Part shown: piece after piece, positions 58,596-64,000 of the stretch
Layout: every line of letters starts with the position of its first letter
Position numbering within the stretch: the first letter of the stretch is position 1
Source: Archaeoglobaceae archaeon
GTDB taxonomy: Archaea; Halobacteriota; Archaeoglobi; Archaeoglobales; Archaeoglobaceae
Assembly: GCA_038893835.1 (NCBI GenBank)
Contig: JAWAQR010000001.1
Coordinates: 63,382-127,381, forward strand
Length of the DNA stretch: 64,000 nt
Reading direction: 5' to 3'
Position numbers and translations under genes: made by a program
Notes under the pieces: model-generated
The model's database searches: none
The model's input: the letters and a program-made list of their open reading frames with translations, nothing else
Told to the model about the DNA's origin: nothing

Positions 58596-59659
58596 ACCTA
58601 GAAAGATTAAAACAGGTTGGAATAGAACTCGACCCATCGAAGCGTTCAGGAACTTTTTTACAAAGAGATCAGGAAGTAAACAAGTTTGCAGCTTTTCATG
58701 AAGGAATAGAGGTCATGAGTATTAGAGAGGCGATGAGGAAATACGAATGGATTAAAGATTACTTCTGGAGGGCGCTTAAGAAAGATCAGGATGAGTTTAC
58801 AAAGGAAGTAGATTCGGAAGATTTTAATGGATATTTCATAAGAGCTTTGCCAAATGCAAAAGTGGAGATTCCCGTTGAGGCATGTTTGTATTTGCATAGG
58901 ATAAAGAAACAAAAAGTTCATAATATAATAATTGCCGAGGAAAATTCCGAGCTTAATATAATAACTGGCTGCACTTCACATCCAACAGCGATCGGTATGC
59001 ACATAGGTGTTTCTGAGTTTTTTATAAAAAAGAATGCAAAGCTCACGTTTACGATGATCCACAGCTGGCACAATCAAATCGAGGTTCGCCCAAGAAGTGC
59101 GGCAATAGTCGAGGAGAATGGAACTTTTGTTAGTAACTATATTTTACTTAGCCCTGTCAAGTTAGTTCAAGCATATCCAACTGCCTATGTTCATAAAAAT
59201 GCTAAAACAATCTTTAGCAGTATAATAGTGGCACTGGAAGGCTCAAATATAGATCTCGGCTCCAGAGCAATTCTTAAGGAACAGGGAGCAAGTGCAGAAA
59301 TCGTTTCGAGAACTATAAGTAAGGGTGGAAAAGTTATTGCAAGAGGTCAAATAATTGGGGAAGCTGAAGGTGTTAAGGGGCATCTGGAATGCAGGGGTCT
59401 GATTTTGTCGGATAAGGGGGAGATAACTGCAATTCCAGAATTAATAGCAAAGCATCCAAACTTAGAACTAAGTCATGAAGCTGCAATTGGAAAAATTGCT
59501 GAAGAAGAAATCTTTTATTTGATGTCTAGGGGGATGAGCAGAGATGAAGCTGTTTCAGCGATTGTACGTGGATTCATGGAAGTTGAAATAAAAGAGCTAC
59601 CGGAGATTTTGAAAAGGACAATAGATAAGGCAATTGAAGACATGAGGGACGCTCTTTGA
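58574..59659 (+). CDS. sufB: Fe-S scaffold SufB/SmsB
   Basis: VHNIIIAEE..ITGC, GHLECRGL, PEL, LSHEAAIGKI..YLMSRG. Confidence 0.92.
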   Translation: MSEGYDIDLERLKQVGIELDPSKRSGTFLQRDQEVNKFAAFHEGIEVMSIREAMRKYEWIKDYFWRALKKDQDEFTKEVDSEDFNGYFIRALPNAKVEIPVEACLYLHRIKKQKVHNIIIAEENSELNIITGCTSHPTAIGMHIGVSEFFIKKNAKLTFTMIHSWHNQIEVRPRSAAIVEENGTFVSNYILLSPVKLVQAYPTAYVHKNAKTIFSSIIVALEGSNIDLGSRAILKEQGASAEIVSRTISKGGKVIARGQIIGEAEGVKGHLECRGLILSDKGEITAIPELIAKHPNLELSHEAAIGKIAEEEIFYLMSRGMSRDEAVSAIVRGFMEVEIKELPEILKRTIDKAIEDMRDAL

Positions 59660-59868
59660 AAGCTCTGATAGAAATTAAATGCAGCGAACACATTTTTAAA
59701 GCTTTAAAACCTGAAGAGATCAGTTCTCTAAGCAGTGCAAAGATTTATCAATCCGGAGATATTTTAAGACTTGAAATAGTTGCGGATTCGCTTTCAGATT
59801 TAAGGGCAGCGTTGAACTCGTGGCTGAGGTTGATAAAGATGTGTCAAGAAATAGAGGTGTTGGTATGA
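59656..59868 (+). CDS. pcc1: KEOPS subunit Pcc1
   Basis: ALKPE..LEIVADSLSDLRAALNSWLRLI; upstream of pfdB. Confidence 0.88.
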   Translation: MKALIEIKCSEHIFKALKPEEISSLSSAKIYQSGDILRLEIVADSLSDLRAALNSWLRLIKMCQEIEVLV

Positions 59869-60215
59869 GTGAATTACCTCCGCAAGTTCAGAATTTGATC
59901 GCACAGCTTCAGCAGGTTCAGCAACAGCTTCAATTGGTTATAACACAAAAAGCTCAACTTGAAGCTTTGCTTGAGGAAACGAAGCAAGCTTTGAGTGAAC
60001 TTGAAAAGGTTGACGAAAACACCCCTATTTACAAAACGGTGGGGAGTATTCTGGTAAAGGAAAGCAAGGAAAAAGTTGTAAAGGAGCTGATGGAGAGATC
60101 CGATAGCTATGACATCAGAATAAAAACACTAACGAGGCAGGAAGAAAGATTAAGGGAGAGATTTGCAGAATTGCAGAAGAAAATACAATCTCTACTCGGA
60201 CAGCAAGCGGGATGA
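59865..60215 (+). CDS. pfdB: Prefoldin beta subunit (start re-placed at MSELPPQ)
   Basis: LPPQVQ..QLQQ, IYKTVGSILV, coiled coils; GAGGTG SD. Confidence 0.95.
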   Translation: MSELPPQVQNLIAQLQQVQQQLQLVITQKAQLEALLEETKQALSELEKVDENTPIYKTVGSILVKESKEKVVKELMERSDSYDIRIKTLTRQEERLRERFAELQKKIQSLLGQQAG

Positions 60216-60764
60216 TCGATCCCTCTTTTTTAACAGGGCCACATAGTGATAAGGTAAATCAGTGATTTTTACAACCTCGTAGTCCCTGCAAAGCGAGAGA
60301 ACGTCTTCAAGAGAGAGTCTATCCTCAATTGGAGGTCCAAATTCCATTTCTATTTTTTTCCACTCAGCTATAAGGACATAGTCAGCTATTTTAGCCCAGC
60401 AAAGATATTCTTCTGGTGAATCCATTTCATGGAGGACGTTTGAAAAGACTACGAGATCTATTTCGAAGTCCACTTGCGGAGGTTTTTTGCTTAAAATTAT
60501 CCCAACATTTAGAATTCCATTTTCCTTAATTTTTTTACTCAAAATTTCTATCATCTTACTGCTAATTTCCACGGCATAAACTTTCTTAAAAATCTTTGCC
60601 AATGGAATTGTTAAATAACCTGTTCCAGCTCCTATGTCAAATGCAACATCCCTTTTGATTCTAACACCTTCCAAAATTCCAAGCACTTTCTCAGGGGGAA
60701 AGAATTTTCTTCTCTGCTCTGAATCTAGCAAATGGGCTTTTTCATACTCAAATCGATGGGGCAT
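60192..60764 (-). CDS. Class I SAM-dependent methyltransferase
   Basis: DIGAGTGY, YAVEIS, NVLHE, EW..GPP. Confidence 0.88.
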   Translation of the reverse strand: MPHRFEYEKAHLLDSEQRRKFFPPEKVLGILEGVRIKRDVAFDIGAGTGYLTIPLAKIFKKVYAVEISSKMIEILSKKIKENGILNVGIILSKKPPQVDFEIDLVVFSNVLHEMDSPEEYLCWAKIADYVLIAEWKKIEMEFGPPIEDRLSLEDVLSLCRDYEVVKITDLPYHYVALLKKRDRSSRLLSE

Positions 60765-61026
60765 GAATAAATTTAAGGAACAAGTTTATAAATTTTTGGT
60801 ATAGAAGTAGGACAATTGTATAGATATGGGAGTGTGAAATTTACCAAATTCTGTTTTTTACATCGTTTTATAAGGATTTAAGTCATAAAGGTGATTGATG
60901 ATAGAAAAAAAGACTCCAAATCAGTTTTTTGGAAATTAGAATTATTAATCAAAATTTAAAAAACAACAAAGCTTAAATATAAGCAGAAGATTTTTTATTG
61001 GCTTTGATTTGCGTTGGGTGGTCAGC

Positions 61027-61356
61027 ATGGAGAGAACAGAAATTCTCAAGCAAATTAAAGAAGCTGAGAGTAAGTTCGAAGAGATGATTAAAAACGCTGA
61101 AGAAAATAAGAAAAAAGCGATAACAAATGCAAAAATGGAGGCTAAAAAGATTTTAAGCGATGCAGAGGCGGAGGCTGCCAGGATAAAAAAAGAAATTTTG
61201 GATAAGATTAGACAGCAAATCGAAAAGGAAAAGATGGAAATTAAATCTAAGAAAACAAAAGAAATAGCAGATTTTGAATTAAAGGGGAAGACGAATATTG
61301 AAAAGGCCGTTGATATGTTATATAAAGAATTCTTAGGGATGATGGGGCATGTTTAA
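61027..61356 (+). CDS. atpH: A1Ao ATP synthase subunit H (peripheral stalk)
   Basis: EILKQIKEAE, charged coiled coil; first gene before atpI. Confidence 0.85.
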   Translation: MERTEILKQIKEAESKFEEMIKNAEENKKKAITNAKMEAKKILSDAEAEAARIKKEILDKIRQQIEKEKMEIKSKKTKEIADFELKGKTNIEKAVDMLYKEFLGMMGHV

Positions 61357-63439
61357 ACCGGAAAAAATGGTTAAAGTTGCGGTTGTTGGAGCAAAGGAAA
61401 AGCTGGCAACCGCTTCCGAAGTTTTATACAGGTTAAACATGCTCCACATAGAAACGCCAAGTGAGGAGGAGTACTTCAGAGTTGGGACACCATTTGAGAA
61501 GGCAGCTCAGATTTCTAAGAATCTCCTACAACTCAGAAGCTATATCTCATACTTAAAGCTAGATCCATCGAAGATTTCGATAAAAAGGAAGTTCAAGAAA
61601 GCAGAAATAGAGGAAAAACTTAGCAAGAAACTTACTGAATATCAGGAGCAGATTGGAGCCAGATTGGATGAAATAAGGAGAATCAACGATACACTAAAGG
61701 CGATCGAAACTGAGATCACAAATCTAGAACCTTTGAAATTGCTTGGAATATCCCCGAGTCTGTTGAAGGGATATAAGTCAATAAGGTGCTTTGTGGGATT
61801 GATCAAAGATGACCCAACTGAGGAATTGAAGAAAATAACAAATGAATTCGACTTGGTCATCAAAGAATACGAGGACATCTTTGTCATCGCAGTCTTCGTC
61901 AAAGTGGAGTATGCTGAAGAATTTTTCAGGATTTTGCAAGGCTTTGGATTCAGAGAGCTCCCAGTACCGGATGTTGAGATAGATGCAAGGATTTCAGAGC
62001 TTGAAAAGAAGAAAGAAGAGTTAAATGCTAAGAAAAATAAGCTCGAAGTGGAAATAGAAGAATTGAAGGTAAAGGAGTCCGAATTGATTCTCGCAATTGA
62101 AGAATATCTTTCCTCTGAAGCTGAGAAAGCTGAACTTCCCTTGAAAGCTTTGACGTCCAAGCATACATTTGTACTCGTAGGTTATGTTCCAGAAAAAGAA
62201 TTCAGGAATTTTAAGGAAGAACTCGAGAACAAGGGATTTGTAGTGGAGCAGTTGAACATGGATAAACACGAGATGCCACCAACGAAACTCGAAAATCCAG
62301 GATTCATAAAGAACTTTGAAATCCTTTCAAAGACATATGCAATACCGAGGTATAAGGAAATAGATCCAACTTTCATAATGGCGATCTTTTTCCCGATCTT
62401 CTTTGGCTTGATGCTCGGAGACATTGGCTATGGATTGCTCATAGTCATAATTTCGCTTTATTTAAAGAGAATTTTCAAAACAGAAGGGTGGCAAAGGCTT
62501 CTCAATATAGGCCTGATTAGCGGTATAGTTTCAATCATCTTTGGCTTCATATACGGCGAATTCTTTGGACCTTTCGTCGTTCCGGGAATTGAAAAACCGA
62601 GCGAAGTTCACTTCATCGGGGATCTCTTATCTTCGCTATACGCTTTCAACCATGGCCACCCGCTGTTCGATCGTGTAGAAGAATTTGGAGTCAAAGCGCT
62701 GCTGTTCATAGTTCTGATGATCGGTATGATAAAAATGCTCTGGGGCTTCATAATGGGCTTCTACAACGTATACGTGGAGCATGGATTGAAGGAGGCAATT
62801 CTTGAAAAGGGCTGCTGGATCTTTGGTGTCCTTGGATTGATCTGTATAATCCTCGGATTCTCCTACAATCTCGGAATCTTCACATCTCCTCCTCATGAGG
62901 GCTTTGGAAGAATTTTACCGGAAAATCTATACGTCTTCGGCAACACAGTTCATGAAGCTAGAGCTGTACCACTGCCAATTCCTGGCTTGGTAAGTGGTTG
63001 GGAGGCGGGGCTTAACTACTTCTATCTCCTAGCTTTACCACTGATACTCATCTGGCTTGTAATATTCCTTAAGGCAGAGATTCCAAAAATGGGAATATTT
63101 GGCACGATAATGGCTGTAGAACTGCTGACTTGGTTTGGTCAGATAATAAGCTACGCCCGATTACTCGCAATTGGTTTATCCTCAGTTTACATAGCCTTCG
63201 TCATCAACTACATCTCGCTCAAGTTGGGCTATGAACCTGGAATAGCCATACTTCCGCTGGCTATAGTGATAATGCTGATAGGCCATGGAGTTAACCTCTT
63301 ACTCGGAATCCTTGATCCAGGATTGCAGTCACTGCGTTTGCATTATGTTGAGTTCTTTACGAAGTTTTTTGAGGGTGGTGGGAGAGAGTATACTCCGTTT
63401 GGTAGGATTAAGAAGTTTATAGAGGAGGGAGGTGAATAA
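61349..63439 (+). CDS. atpI: A1Ao ATP synthase subunit I (a)
   Basis: PEKM, PPTKLENP, YKEIDPT, FFGLMLGDIGYG, SYARLLA, LRLHYVEFF. Confidence 0.96.
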   Translation: MFKPEKMVKVAVVGAKEKLATASEVLYRLNMLHIETPSEEEYFRVGTPFEKAAQISKNLLQLRSYISYLKLDPSKISIKRKFKKAEIEEKLSKKLTEYQEQIGARLDEIRRINDTLKAIETEITNLEPLKLLGISPSLLKGYKSIRCFVGLIKDDPTEELKKITNEFDLVIKEYEDIFVIAVFVKVEYAEEFFRILQGFGFRELPVPDVEIDARISELEKKKEELNAKKNKLEVEIEELKVKESELILAIEEYLSSEAEKAELPLKALTSKHTFVLVGYVPEKEFRNFKEELENKGFVVEQLNMDKHEMPPTKLENPGFIKNFEILSKTYAIPRYKEIDPTFIMAIFFPIFFGLMLGDIGYGLLIVIISLYLKRIFKTEGWQRLLNIGLISGIVSIIFGFIYGEFFGPFVVPGIEKPSEVHFIGDLLSSLYAFNHGHPLFDRVEEFGVKALLFIVLMIGMIKMLWGFIMGFYNVYVEHGLKEAILEKGCWIFGVLGLICIILGFSYNLGIFTSPPHEGFGRILPENLYVFGNTVHEARAVPLPIPGLVSGWEAGLNYFYLLALPLILIWLVIFLKAEIPKMGIFGTIMAVELLTWFGQIISYARLLAIGLSSVYIAFVINYISLKLGYEPGIAILPLAIVIMLIGHGVNLLLGILDPGLQSLRLHYVEFFTKFFEGGGREYTPFGRIKKFIEEGGE

Positions 63440-63440
63440 A

Positions 63441-63689
63441 ATGGTTGAGGCCTTGATTAGTGATGAGGCTTTTATTAAGGGATGTGCAGCAATAGGGGCT
63501 GGCTTAGCTGTAGGACTTGCAGGAATCGGTGCTGGAGCAGGTGAGAGCGGTATTGGAGCTGCAGCTGTTGGGGCAATAGCAGAAGATAGAGGATTCCTTG
63601 GACTAGGTCTTCTGTTCACGGTTATTCCAGAAACCATTGTGATCTTCGGTCTTGTCATCAGCTTCATTCTGATGTTTGCGTACGGATGA
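63441..63689 (+). CDS. atpK: A1Ao ATP synthase proteolipid subunit K (c), copy 1
   Basis: GAGLAVGLAGIGAG..E..IPETIVIFG; GGAGGTGA SD. Confidence 0.95.
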   Translation: MVEALISDEAFIKGCAAIGAGLAVGLAGIGAGAGESGIGAAAVGAIAEDRGFLGLGLLFTVIPETIVIFGLVISFILMFAYG

Positions 63690-63886
63690 TAGGAGAGAAA
63701 TTCGTCCTAAAACTGGCAGAGAAATTGGGAAGTGAAAAGAACATTGAGAGATTTGTAAAATATTACTGGCTAGTCTCCACACTAAGACTTGCACTTGGTG
63801 CGAGCATTGCCATCTTAATTTTACTTTTTGGATTCAAATTTAGCGATACTGTGAAATGGGTCGACATTCTTCTGGGAGGTGAATAA
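63686..63886 (+). CDS. Small membrane protein between the two atpK copies
   Basis: 66 aa, one TM segment, ATGA-coupled to atpK. Confidence 0.7.
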   Translation: MIGEKFVLKLAEKLGSEKNIERFVKYYWLVSTLRLALGASIAILILLFGFKFSDTVKWVDILLGGE

Positions 63887-63887
63887 A

Positions 63888-64000
63888 ATGGTTGAGGCCT
63901 TGATTAGTGATGAGGCTTTTATTAAGGGATGTGCAGCAATAGGGGCTGGCTTAGCTGTAGGACTTGCAGGAATCGGTGCTGGAGCAGGTGAGAGCGGTAT
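63888..64000 (+). CDS. atpK: Subunit K (c), copy 2 (truncated by window end)
   Basis: Nucleotide-identical to copy 1 over the visible 113 nt. Confidence 0.93.
   Translation, partial: MVEALISDEAFIKGCAAIGAGLAVGLAGIGAGAGESG

Larger units (their letters stand above)
63427..64000 (+). repeat. Exact direct repeat: 63427-63553 equals 63874-64000 (offset 447 bp)
   Basis: Base-by-base identity over the SD and atpK 5' region. Confidence 0.92.

Noticed and set aside
1-64000. CRISPR arrays, IS elements, rRNA, inteins
   Set aside because: No spaced repeats, transposase motifs or GC-rich rRNA tracts seen; Lhr and Rgy are of normal length

Overview
This is a gene-dense, AT-rich archaeal chromosome segment. 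Gene content, order and GGTGA/GAGG ribosome-binding sites point to a (hyper)thermophilic Archaeoglobaceae member; markers include reverse gyrase, G1P dehydrogenase, PAN, aMBF1, and an A1Ao ATPase operon with duplicated atpK. Most of the window is housekeeping: iorA, argS, cysS, egsA, truD, an anaerobic cobalamin cluster with cbiMNQO, pdaD/dys, thiC, tRNA-Arg(CCG), Lhr, rpl10e, hisD, ubiD, rgy, cdr, SMS Fe-S genes, pcc1, pfdB and atpHIK. I saw no CRISPR array, transposase or rRNA. The most interesting region is 41.4-44.8 kb. There a KaiC-like ATPase / roadblock-like / FIST-like operon converges on a transcript in which a 19-aa ORF (MEEKKKAEEVFKKVKIFAG, absent from the ORF track, with its own BRE/TATA and SD) directly precedes a UbiA prenyltransferase. 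This is a candidate prenylated-peptide signalling system, and it is a hypothesis only. Other points of note are a CBS+HPF/RaiA (Hib-type) hibernation factor, an in-frame CbiO-CbiT fusion, a 10-cluster polyferredoxin and three decayed genes. All calls come from reading motifs by eye; no database search was run.
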